NCBI GenBank assembly: GCA_002633005.1 | Contig: NMRA01000110.1 | Location: 837,552-901,551, forward strand | DNA from: Phoronis australis | Lineage: Eukaryota; Animalia; Phoronida | Length of the DNA stretch: 64,000 bases | Reading direction: 5' to 3' | Shown: positions 37,290-48,962 of the stretch, piece after piece | Layout of the letters: each line of letters begins with the position of its first letter | Position numbering within the stretch: the first letter of the stretch is position 1 | Made by a program: the position numbers and the translations under genes | Notes under the pieces: model-generated | Seen by the model: the letters and a program-made list of their open reading frames with translations, nothing else | Told to the model about the DNA's origin: nothing | The model's database searches: none

Positions 37290-38152
37290 GAGCAGTTCTA
37301 AAACCCCTTCAACCCCCTCGTATCCCACACCCCTCGACTCCCCCACCCACGGACACCCTCGACCCACAACCAGTCAACCTCACGACCCCCTCGACACACA
37401 ACGTGTAGAGGTGTTATTGCGCAATCTTATTACATGTACACGTACTTCAATGAGTGACTTTGCCATAAGACATACCTACACGCGAGTATGCTCTGGCTCA
37501 AATATGTTGATTAAAAACAGAATTGGAATGAGAACGTGATCTAAAATAGCGTATTGTTGTTACTGAAATACATGTAGTTCCACGAGCTGCAGCTACCAAT
37601 GGCCCTGTTCTGCTAAACTTTAGGGAGACAGTACGTTAACGTGATTGTACTAAACTTCACATTTTTCTTATGTGGTTTCTGTTTTCTACTCGTTTACAAT
37701 ATACTCCGTATATCGTTGAAATATTTTTAGTAAACCGTTTGTTTTTTTCAAACTGCATTTACTGGTGAAATTACATTCTTTTCGGCTGCACGCACTCATC
37801 ACAGAAAGATTTTATCTGTCATTGACTGAAGAGCAGACGAGGCGATTACGCTCTGCCGGAAACGACATTTGTAACGTTTGTAGGTCTTTGATTTGGTCGC
37901 TTTGTTTTTTATTTCCGTTTTTGGATTTCAGACTTGCCGAATAAACTCTCTCAATTGCAAAAATCAAGGAAAAGCCAACCGATCTCAAGGCCCAACTGAT
38001 TGGTCCTGCACGTCAGCCCTTGCACTATTTTCAGATTGAGTCGCGAGCTTGTGTCGATTTGGTCGAGGGGTTGTGGGCTGAGAAGGTCGTAGGTTGAGGG
38101 GGTGAAGAGATGTGGGGGTGCATAGGGGGTGTAAGCGATTTTAGAAGTATCC
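37290..38152 (-). mobile_element. Third, near full-length copy of the Mutator-like element family
   Basis: Internal sequence matches 13760-14250 (inverted) and 29500-29900; CCCTCGAC-rich inverted ends. Confidence 0.75.
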
Positions 38153-38814
38153 CGTTTACACGGTATCTTTCTATGCTACAGTAGGTATACCTCTTTGTCA
38201 ATATGTTTGGGCGACGCACTGAATGAAAGAACAGTAGGTACATACATGTACATGTACGGTACTGCTTTGAGTGACAGCTCTTTAATCTTTGAACTTCGAT
38301 AAGTAATAAGCAAATGTACACGCGTTTTTCTACCCTAAACAGGCAAGATGCCGTTTTTAAGCTTTGAAACTAGATATGAAGATAAAATGTTAATTCAGAC
38401 AGGTATTAAATATTTGAAAAACTTTAAAAAATTGCAAGTAAGGAACGGCATACAGTGTTTCCTGAAGGCATGCAAATTTCACAGTGTCATACCAAACGAG
38501 ATAAACGTGAAAATTTCTGATTTGCAGAAATAGTTATCATTTGGATTATGGAGTGTGAATTCTTCTTGAATCCTTCATGCACAGAGCTTCTTAATTTTCA
38601 CTAACACATTCTAGTTTCAAGAGAAACGTTTTCAGTAGTACTCAGTTGCTTTGGTAACATTAATGCAAGTTCAATTTCAGTATTTCTGTGAAAAAATGTG
38701 TTTCGGTTCTTTTTATATTGCCGACGTTTTTTAAGTACATTCAGAGCTGTTTATTGTGCTAAAGGTTGTTAAGGTCATTTTGGCATATTTGCAATAATTA
38801 ATGAAAACCTTTAT

Positions 38815-39794
38815 TGTGGTGTAATGCTTCGTGTTGCGGCCGACAGATGGCGCTGGCGTGGCAGTAATTAAAACAACACACGAATACCTCAACCAATAAA
38901 ATCCGTCTATTAATTTGCAGCGTTGTGATTTACAAATAATAGTTTACAATAAGATGCGAGACTGACGACTAACTGAATGAGACGAGATATCACTGCTAGA
39001 GAAAGTACTAAACAACAATGTCACTAGTTACCAGTAGCAACCGCACATGCAAACACATTACAAGTCGCAACAGAACTAACCCTCTAGAACAATCGCTAGA
39101 CTGGTTCGAATTGACTAACAGGCTGAGACCAACACCTGTGTTAAATGTCTATACCTCGATTATATACTTTAGACTTGATTCGTGGGTTTTCCGTCCGGTC
39201 CTGGTTCTCGTCCCTGTCGTGGCTTTGCAGTTTTCGAAGACTCAAGTTGGCCTGTTCGGTGCGGTTTGATCGGTCTGCTTCTGTTAGTGCCTTAAGTAGC
39301 ACCTTTGGAACCATCACGTGATGGTCCCATCTCTTTTAGTACATCTCTCTTATGACCAGCTAATTAACTGTCCTATAGAAAATTCTTGCATAACTGCCAC
39401 CTCTCTCAGATTTGCTACACCAGGGTTGTGCCTATCCTCTGAGGGATCTCTATTTAACTGTCACTCTAGCGACGTGGAATCTCAGTTGGCGATTAACTAT
39501 CTCATAGAAAATTCTTGCATAACTGTCACTCCTCTCAGATTTGCTACACCAGGGGTGTGCCTATCCTCTGAGGGATCGCTATTTAACTGTCACTCTAGAG
39601 ATGTGGAAGCTCAGTTGGCGACCAACCATCCTATAGAAAATTCTTGCATAACTGCCACCCCTCTCGGACTTGCTGCCCCAGGCGCGTGCCCATCCTCTGA
39701 GTAATCTCAACTATTACATAAGTATGCATATCCCCTGGGAATATTTTAAGACATGCGTGCATGCACGTGGAAAGCAGTGCCTCATTATATCACA
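38815..39794 (-). repeat. 3' LTR (~980 bp)
   Basis: Starts TGTGATATAATG directly after the PPT; the far end TGTGGTGTAATG (plus strand 38815) forms an imperfect inverted repeat; 39475-39794 matches 48640-48962. Confidence 0.8.
39365..39701. repeat. 129-bp tandem repeat (~2.6 units) in the LTR U3 region
   Basis: TAGAAAATTCTTGCATAACTG recurs at 39376, 39505 and 39634. Confidence 0.95.
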
Positions 39795-39806
39795 CTCCCC
39801 CCTTTT
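39795..39806 (-). promoter_or_regulatory. Polypurine tract
   Basis: AAAAAGGGGGAG immediately 5' of the LTR TG on the minus strand. Confidence 0.9.
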
Positions 39807-40277
39807 TAAGCCAAAAAATTTACCTAATAAATTTTTGGGGAGTCGTAGATTTCTCGACAATATAAAGTGTCACCCAAGTGATCGCCATACAACTGTAAGA
39901 GATACGAACAAAATGAATGAAAAAACAAAGGAAGTCGTCAGCCTCCAGATGATCGTTAAACAGGTTAACAAACAGCATCTCAGAACGAAATTACAACCAC
40001 ACTAAACCATCCCAACAATTAATATAATAGGAACGCACACGTATGCTTATGCCATCAAACTGAACTTGTATCAACCCCTTATTACATAATTAAATATACC
40101 CTATACAATTGTATCTATTAAAATTATAATCAGGTTATAATAAATATGCTACAATTCCCCTCAACCAAATCTACGAAATTATTTCATATCATAACTGATT
40201 AACTAAACGTAAAGGTGCCACCCCAAACTAAGCTAACTAAGAATATATCGCGTTACACCTACATATTATTTAATTAT

Positions 40278-40670
40278 TCATAACCGTTGCGGATGAGTCT
40301 GCGGCGTTTGGAAAAAGTCTGACGCCAACAGGCTCTCCGGTACGTCCGCCACCACCACAGGCATATGCTTGGTTCTCACTTGTATTTCTATTTCAAGCGA
40401 GAAAATGTCAACCACATCTGCCACACATTCCCTTCGGTCGTAACGGACCTGGGCGTATTGGGCGTCGCTTTCTTTTGTGCCACCCCACGACTGTCTGTCA
40501 CACGATAGTCCTTTTGGAGTCTGGTTGCCCCCGTATTGCAAGCTTGCAAAATCTGCAAGTGACAACACGGTGGCGTCCGCCGTAGGGTCGACGCGGAAGA
40601 CGATCCACTGCCCTTCCACTGATGCATCTAACCGGACAGCGGGTAACGTTTTGTACATCGGTTCGGCCAT
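40278..40670 (-). CDS. Extra ORF between env and PPT, unknown function (~130 aa from MAEPMYK)
   Basis: Open frame in the element's sense orientation, AAAATGG start context, TTGCAG|G acceptor-like site just upstream. No family recognised. Confidence 0.5.
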   Translation of the reverse strand: MAEPMYKTLPAVRLDASVEGQWIVFRVDPTADATVLSLADFASLQYGGNQTPKGLSCDRQSWGGTKESDAQYAQVRYDRRECVADVVDIFSLEIEIQVRTKHMPVVVADVPESLLASDFFQTPQTHPQRL

Positions 40671-40816
40671 TTTTTTTCCTGCAATAGTTTCATAAGTTCC
40701 TTTAGATATCGAAATAATTGTCAATGTTAATAACCACCACCTTTCCGCCAACCACCCAATAAACTGTAGTCTACGCTAGTGCAAGGGTTGGTAGGATTAC
40801 CAGTAATTGTCCGAAG

Positions 40817-42844
40817 TCACACGGAAGTTTCTTCCTGGCCGTCTTCGGTTGCCAGATCCAAGTCAGGATACATGCGTCTGATGAGTCGCTTCATCTCGAT
40901 TGGCTTGTTATTCAGCTGAGTCGATACGGTCAGGTAGTCGTCAGCACTGGGTTTCTACCCAGCCGGTGACATCTGTCGGGCAACGTTCGATGCGCTCGTG
41001 AGTGCGAACGCTGGCGGTGCACTGGCAATTGGGCGGTTACCATCGGTTAGCACAGGCTGATACTGTTCGAGTATGGCACGTGCAATTTGTCTACGTTTCA
41101 AGAAAGCAATTAACCCCAAAATTAATAGCGATGCTGCTATTCCTAGAGCGACATATAACCAAAATTCATTATGGTGGTCCAAGGTTTTGGAATTTCCAAG
41201 TTCCGTAAATCAGTGACTAGACCGTCCAGGGGAATTTCGGGTAAGTGAGTGAGACGTGGCGGTATTTTTACTTCCACATGTTTAGGAAAGGCTGCAATAT
41301 AAGGAGACCACATCGTGAAGGATCCTTTCCAAATTCTCAAAACTCGAGCGAAGCTATCAGGACGCTCGTATCTAGATTCCCTGTGAACAGTTCCCAGGAG
41401 GGTCATAGTTGGGTGTGTGGCCTGGCATCCGTAATCGACGTGTATCATATTTACCCCAAAGTCCACCGTAACTGATTTAGTGTTAGTGCGACTGTGGTTG
41501 CACAGGAGGGCAAATCTTGTAATCTCGTTACTAACTACAGCGTACCAGCCAGATCTCAGATATATGGCCTGTGGTAAGGCTGTATTTGTTTTAATAAAAA
41601 CACGACAGAGCCTTTTGATAGCATTGTCAAACTTCATGAACAGAGCCACCACACAATCTTTGCTCAGATTAACAGGCCGTAACGGTTGTCGGGTTTCACA
41701 AAAACTAAGCGACGAGCACGCCTTCATGCTGGCATAATCTAGTAAGGCATAGGACGTTCGTTCTGGGTTTATGGCTAACGCCGTGGCCTCAAATGAATAC
41801 TTTGCCAAAATGTGAGGGCGGTTGGAATTAGGGAAGGGAGCCGGTAAATTATGAATTTGAAATAATTCCGTACGTGCGTAAGTGTCAATTAATGAAATCC
41901 GAAACGTGACCAAGATTCGTCCATTTTCCCATGCAGTATGACACGGGAGAGACTTATAATATTGGAACAACTCCGTGTCAGGATCAAAAGGTAATTTTAA
42001 ATGGCGTGGAATATTTATTCGTATGTCCTTTAATATATTGCGTAATGCTTCCGGCTGAACCACCGCTGGAGTAACTTGTCCCAGAGACACTATTCCTATT
42101 TGACTTTCAATGTAAGCTAAATAGCCTAAGGCTTTTTGCGCTGCCAATTCCAAATGGTTTAAAATGAGTTCTAAGTGTATGTAACTCTGGGTGAAGACCG
42201 ACAACTCCTGTATTTCATCATGTAGCATATCAGTCACGTTATTAAGACGTTGTTCTATTTCATAAGTTGAAAGAATCAAGTCATTCAAGGTCTCTCGATT
42301 TCTATTTACTTCGGTTCTAGTGGCTTTCATTACGGTTACCTTTTTACTGCGTTAGTGACAATCCTCTTTTGGTTCCTCACTATCATATCGATCGTTTCCC
42401 TAATAGCTTTAATATCATCATCAGTGGCTGTGCCAAATAGCCAATGACTGATTTTCCCCATGAAAGCCAGAAGACTCCGTTTGCTTCTGTTACCTCGAAA
42501 TTGGGCCAAAGTGTTATAGCCAGTCAACAACTCGTCTACGGCCTCTTTCGTGAATCTGATATCATCAATTTGTTTTCGCAATCTGGAAAAATATCCCAAG
42601 AAATTCACATCTTTGGGGTCAGCGTACTTTTTCTTTACTTGAGTATGCGTATAGTAAGCACGTTCTATGTCCCGTGAAAACTAGGAGATGAACTCAGAGA
42701 ATTCGCTGAGGTCAATAAAACTCGTCACCCACCAGTGTCCCCACGAACTATGAAATAAATCAATTTTCTCAAAAACTACCCATTTTTGACAACGACGCAT
42801 TGCACGATACCAGCCAACAACAGCAAACCTGTCATTCGTTGCAT
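40817..42844 (-). pseudogene. env: env: class I fusion glycoprotein, baculovirus-F/errantivirus-like (frameshifts and stops)
   Basis: Signal peptide MQRMTGLLLLAGIVQC, furin site RSKR followed by fusion peptide SLLAFMGKISHWLFGTATDDD, heptad repeats, conserved Cys pattern, TM segment FWLYVALGIAASLLILGLIAFL then KRR. Confidence 0.88.
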
Positions 42845-43069
42845 TGTCTCTCTGAAACAACAATAATCACTGAGTTTACTTAACTCACTCCTCATACTAC
42901 TTAAAGTACTTGCCATGCCGAGAACTGACTCGGATATACTTAGATCAGATACGTTACGTATGAGTGCCCATGGTTATATCGTTTTCGGGAAACAGTCCCG
43001 TCCTTGATATTCAAATATAAGTATTCTATTAAAGTAGATGGTTCTGCTGAAATCTGAAACCTTAATTAC

Positions 43070-46000
43070 TTATCGACCATTCTTAAATGTTTCCAACATC
43101 ATGCGACACAAGTCTAAATAAGCCGCGGAGGAATTTTGGGTCGTTTTTCTACACCTTCGGCTTCTCCTTTTGTCCAATCGCGCGAGGACGTTTCCCCGTG
43201 CTCCCATGGCAACGTCCATATCTGTCCCATCCGACGGCATAGACTGTTCGTCGTTTGGTGCGGAGGGGTCCGTCATCGGATCCGACTCGGCTTTGGACTC
43301 GGGTCCCTCGCTTTCAGATGATGGGGTCCCTGGATCCTCCAACTGTGGCGCTGGCTTCGTCTGAGCCAACGTCTTCACTTTCCCCCTCTGTTGGAGCCTT
43401 CTTTGAAGTTCCGCTAAGGGTACGTCAGAGTCATCGGAAGATGAATCCCCCTTCATTTGGCGGAAATGATCCTGCAGACCTTGCTGTGGTTCGTCGTCAG
43501 ACACATCGCTTTCTTCACTAGAACTGGGAGGGACGGTGTAGCGTGCTCTCCTCATTTGTGGATAATCGTCGTCATTCCCCTTCCAGTCGTCGATTTGTGC
43601 CCACCTCAAGTTGTCAATGTGTGACTTGGTGACTGTCCCATCTAACTGATTCCGGATGACATATGTTTTTTCAGACAGTCGTTCTAGGACGCGCCAATAA
43701 CCTGTCCACTTAGGCTCCAGTTTGCTGGTTTTAGAATTATTTTTAAGGTATACGGGATCGCCAACTTCTAATTCAACCAAAACTCTACCCTTATTCGCGG
43801 TAGCTAATCTATTGTTCTGATGGTGTTTTATCACTCGATAAACTGTCCCAAAAACTCTATGTTGGTTTTGTAGGATAACCTTATGTTCTTCCTCGCCCAC
43901 GTACTTAGCACGTGGCCGCATTATGTTATGTACAGGAAGTTTAGGGTCTCTACCGAACATAAGAAAATAACTGCTATACACAGTATAATTGGTATGAAAA
44001 TTTAAGCATGACTCTGCTTGACTGAGATAGACATCCCATTGTTCCGTGTTTTCACGGCATAATTTACTCAAAACGTCACCAAGTACTTTGTGTGATCGTT
44101 CGACTCGGCCATTTGCTTTTGGATTGTAAAAACTTGTGGTAACATGCCGAATGTTAAATGATTCCAAAACATCTTTTACTGTTTTGTTTACAAATTCAGA
44201 GCCGTTGTCTGAGACCAAAATGTTCATTATACCGAATCTACAAAATGTATCAGTGGTCAGGATTCGTGCGATTGTGGCGACACTCTTATCCGGCATCGGA
44301 TACAACAAAGTATAATTTGAAAACCAGTCAGTCAGAGTCAAAATATATCGGTTACCACTGGGTGATGGTTTCATAGGACCGACACAATCTATTGCTACTT
44401 GTTGCCAGGGGCCGTTCACAACATTAGACGCCCCTAGCGGAGATTTAACTGCTTTTAGATTTCGTTCCCGACATGTAACGCATTCTGAAACACACTTCTC
44501 AATGTCTTTAAACATTCTAGGCCAGAAATAACCGTTCCTAGACGACTGATATGTTCGATCTATCCCTGCATGTCCTAGTTGATCGTGATATTGTTTGTTG
44601 ACTAGCGACTGTAAATGTTCAGGTACGTACAGACGAACCTTGATGTCGCCGTGATCGTCGGAAACATAATATAGGACATTTTCTTTGAGTAAATACTTAT
44701 TTCCAATTTTTTGCTAGGCTTAGGAGACGACAGTTCATCGATTATTGCCCTGCACTTTTGATCTTTCTTTTGTTCCTCTTGCATATTCATTTCTAACTTA
44801 GGCATTTGCAATTCAGAGGTAAAATTAGGTATTGGAGGACTCTCCATTTCATGAGATTTAGGATCAATTCTGCTGTTATCTACTACATTAACTTGTGCTA
44901 TCGGAGCCTGAACCTCAAAAGTCCTATCGTCTATATCGAGAGTTTCCTCGTCAATCGCATTATCGTCGTTGGAGGGCGCTCTGCTCAGCAAATCAGCTAT
45001 CGTGTTATCCTTGCCCGGAATATGTTTAATTTCAACATCATAAGCCGAGATAAGTACCGACCATTGCGCCACTTTCTTATTTTGTATGTCGCTTTTAAGC
45101 AAATAAATGGGGGGCATATGGTCCGTGAAAAGCGTGATTTTGGAATTGTACTGTAAATGTAGTGTTCGAATTTCTTAAGGGCCATCAATACTGCGAAACA
45201 TTCTTTTTCAATGGTTGCCCAACGCTTTTGCGTGTCAGTAAGTTTTTGCGACATAAAGTAGATAGGATTTTCAACATCTTCATCTTGACACTTTTGTACC
45301 AAACAGGCCCCAATTGCAAAATCACTCGCATCGGTGTATATGATATAACTCAATTTGTGATCAGGATAATTTAGCATCGGAACGGCGGAAAGGTGTTCTT
45401 TGATAAATTTGAAAGCGTCTTCGCATTCAGGGGTCCATTTAAATCTGGCATACTTCTTGGTCAGTTCAGTCAATGGAGTCATAATGCCCGCCAAGTTAGG
45501 AATAAACCTTCGATAGTATGACAGGATTCCTTGTAGTGCCCTTACTTCTTTTACCGTGGCTGGTCGTTTCATTGATCTAATTGTCGAAATTTTGGCTGGG
45601 TCAGGGCGGATCCCTTCTCTATCTACTATGAAGCCCAGATAGTTCGTTTGAGGCTTAAGAAATTGGAATTTAGACAATTTCAACTTCAAATTATGTTCCC
45701 TGAGGCGTTGGAAAACGATTTTCAGATGTTCAACGTGTTCAGTGACACGTTTACCGTAACTAATGCAGTCATCGATATAGGCCCGAGCAAAAGGGAGTCC
45801 TTCTAAAACGATTGACATGAGTTCCTGGAAAAAACTGGGACTATTGCAAAGTCCGAATGGCATAACTTGAAATTGGTAAAGATTGTGACCAGTTGAAAAT
45901 CCCGGAGAGAAAGCGGTATTTTCTTTGTCATGACGGTGCATTTGAATCTGCCAGAAACCACTACGTAAGTCCAATGAACTATAGATCGTTCAATATGTCA

Positions 46001-47157
46001 TCAATTTTCGGTAGAAAAAACGAACAACCTTTAGTTACACTGTTTAGTTTCCTATAATCTACACAAAACCTTACGCTACCATCCTTTTTGGTTACTAATA
46101 CTATAGGTGAGCAAAAGTTGGATCTAGAGGGTTCTATGACCTTCGCTGTAAGCATTTTATCCACCGCTTCTTTAGCTATTTGTTGTTCTGCTATTGGAAG
46201 CCGATAAGGACTCTGCTTGACAACTGTGCCGTCCGGCACGTCTATGCGCATTTGTACCGTACTCGTTTTCCCCAAATAGAGATCGGTTGCTGCGAAAACA
46301 TCGCTATTCTACTTTAATAATGTTTTCACTAAGCTAACATACTCATCAGGTGTATCAATCTCGGATAAATCCAACGTTTGTTTACTAGCCGACTGGGTTG
46401 TTGTTGATTTATCTAACACATTCACAATGTTTGCATTACTTAGTTCTTCAACCTGTCCTACAGCAACTCCTCGTTTTATCTTGATATAAAGGCCAGAATT
46501 ATTGATTTTTTCCACCGGAAATTTCCCGGCCTTGCCTGGCTTTATTACTGCGTTTGAAACCGATAAGCCAGGTTCTGCATTTAGGAATCCGGTTGTTAAA
46601 GGTGACACCTGGAATATTTGTTGTCTTTTGCCACCCCTGGCGGCGCAACTTCTGGCGCGACATACAACCTTGGAATAAGGTCTAACTATCATTTCTTTGA
46701 TTATTCTATCATAAGACTTAACCAGCGAATCTTGAATTAAGGGTGTGTAAAGTTCTTTTATTCGTAACATTCTGAGATCAAAGTAGACACGACAATTATT
46801 TTTATGAAGAAAGTCTTTTCCAATTATCATTCTTCGATTTACATCTCGAATCACCACGAATTCATGTTTGAGAATATTGTTTCCGATTTTTAGGCTTAAC
46901 AGGACACAAGCAAGGACATTCAAACGTTGATTATTCGCTGTCTGAACTACAGGTTTTCGATTAACTATTTCTACCAAGTCTTTTCGTTTAAGCTCTTCAA
47001 ATGTAACTTCCGAAATAACGGATATTGCAGCACCCGAGTCAATTAACGCTCTGACTCGCGTCTGTCCCACCTGTACTTGAATACTATCCTCGCTTCCCAA
47101 AAAACATAAAGTTACGACATCATCCTGACCCGCGGAAGCTCTCGAGTCAGTGCACAT
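43070..47157 (-). pseudogene. pol: pol: aspartic protease, RT, RNase H, integrase (several stops and frameshifts)
   Basis: ALIDSGA; RFCVDYRKLN, DLRSGFWQI, MPFGL, YIDD; YTDASDFAIGACL, EKECFA, NTIADLLSR; H..GH/C..C zinc finger; IDCVGP, SDNGSEF, NGRVER (DDE). Confidence 0.95.
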
Positions 47158-47166
47158 TAGTTTCCC
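47125..47166 (-). promoter_or_regulatory. -1 ribosomal frameshift signal (G GGA AAC plus downstream hairpin)
   Basis: Slippery heptamer in gag frame right before TAA; the -1 frame is the pol frame; stem CTGACTCG/CGGGTCAG starts 9 nt downstream. Confidence 0.75.
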
Positions 47167-48080
47167 TGGGGGTTAACGTCGTTTGGCGTGGTATCAGCAG
47201 GGCATGAGTTGTCAGAGTAATAAACTGGCTTCTGATTAGCTTGGGTAGCCAAAAATCTTTTAAAACTGAAACAGTCACGTTTCATGTGGCCAGGTTTTTT
47301 ACAAAAGAAACATCTGATTGGTTCTTTGTCCAGGGCGTTAACAGTTCTGGGCGCCCGACAGTCCCTCGTCCTATGATTTGTTCTGTTGCAAATCCTGCAT
47401 CTTTGAGGAGGGGATATTTTATCTATGTCCCTAGGGCAGATTTCCCTGTTATCTCCCGGTTTTAAATTCATTCGCGCCCATAGGTGTATTTCTTGGACAG
47501 CAACTTTAAGGGCGTCCCTGAGGGTTGTTGGACCTGAACGTAGGACGTGCTCTCTTATTCTCGCGTCCCGGAGCCCATCCACGAAAAACCCAATTAATTG
47601 GTCTTGTAGAACGTCCAATGCCGCCTGATCGTCAAATGCCTCCCGCGCCGCCGACAGCAGTCGCTCGCCATATATTTGCACACTTTCGTTTGGTCGCTGC
47701 TTAATTGATTTTAATCGACGAAATGCCAGAGTTTTTGTCAGTGATAGGGGCAAAGCGCAACTTAAGTTCTGCTTTAAACTGCTCATACGTGCATTGTGGG
47801 TGGTCTGCCATATAACGTTTAATGAATGCCGAAACTTCACCCCCCGATCTTTGATATGCAATTAAGATTTGTTTCCTGGGATCCATATTGGGAAAAATTA
47901 CAGCCATCTTTTCTATCTCGCTCACCCAGGCTCGAAACCCATGAACATCTCCTGCGAAAACGGGGATATTTGACGCCAGTGACGTTTCGCTCATGGAATT
48001 CATAGCATCGGTAACATCTGTGGTGAAATTAACAGCAAGTCCCGTTAAAAATTCGGCTAAATCTACAGTAGCTTGTTGCT
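47157..48080 (-). pseudogene. gag: gag with two CCHC zinc knuckles (one frameshift; N-terminus lost)
   Basis: IPVFAGD...FRAWVSEIE, IKQRPNESVQIYGERL, FVDGLRD; CRICNRTNHRTRDC and CFFCKKPGHMKRDC. Confidence 0.9.
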
Positions 48081-48083
48081 GAT

Positions 48084-48639
48084 TATATATATATATATAT
48101 TTATTCAATAACTAGGCCTCCGGCCCTTGTTACAATCAAATCATCAAATACAATAAAGGTAAGTGTCAAACACTAGAAGTAAACCGAATTCTTCTTCGCT
48201 TGAATGCGAAATGAACATATTTACATGTTGACCATATAAGATCTTTTTCCTCCATAGTCATGAGTCTGTTGAATTTTGTAACATTGGGATTGTTGTAGCT
48301 CCATGCAGGCAAATATCGTTTCCTAAGGTCATCGTAGAATGGGCATTCGATAACAAAATGATATTCCGACTCGACATATGTCCTACCACAGAGAGGGCAT
48401 AACCTTTCTGTTCTGTTAAGTTTCAAGTGTCTACCCTTTTCAATCATTAGTGCATGCGCTGAACATCTCAATCTCACCATATCAGATCTAACATTTATAT
48501 TGTCAATTACATCTAAATAGTTTTCAAAACATATATTTAACTTAAAAGTTCTGTAAGTTTCCAGCTTAATCGAATTGTTCAAAATATCTTGCCATTTTGC
48601 TGATGTGCCATACTGCTCAGTGATCAGACTATGCTAACT
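48084..48639 (-). mobile_element. 5'-truncated RTE-X-like LINE inserted in the retrovirus
   Basis: LRCSAHALMIEKGRH...ERLCPLC...VESEYHFVIECPFYDDLRKRY; 3' tail GGGCCGGAGGCCTAG..AATAAA(TA)n. Confidence 0.85.
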
Positions 48640-48962
48640 TGGAATCTCAGTTGGCGATTAAATATCTTATAGAAAATTCTTGCATAACTGTCACCCCTCT
48701 CACATTTGCTACACCAGGGGTGTGCCTATCCTCTGAGGGATCGCTATTTAACTGTCACTCTAGAGATGTGGATGCTCAGTTGGCGACCAACCATCCTATA
48801 GAAAATTCTTGCATAACTGCCACCCCTCTCGGACTTGCTGCCCCAGGGCCTGCCCGTCCTCCGAGGAATCTCAACTAATGATTACAGAAGTATGCATATC
48901 CCCTGGGGATATTTTAAGACATGCTTGCATGCACGTGGAAAGCAGTGCCTCATTATATCACA
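48640..48962 (-). repeat. Remnant of 5' LTR (U3 part only)
   Basis: Highly similar to 39475-39794, with terminal TG at 48962. Confidence 0.9.

Larger units (their letters stand above)
38815..48962 (-). mobile_element. Env-bearing Ty3/Gypsy LTR retrotransposon (errantivirus-like endogenous retrovirus), disabled
   Basis: Order is LTR remnant, gag, pro-RT-RNaseH-IN, env, extra ORF, PPT, LTR. Flanks TTAT/TTCT (4-bp TSD, one mismatch). Confidence 0.95.

Noticed and set aside
39318-39704. 128-aa ORF with internal repeats (and similar ORF at 48639)
   Set aside because: It is the translation of the 129-bp LTR tandem repeat on the antisense strand of the element.
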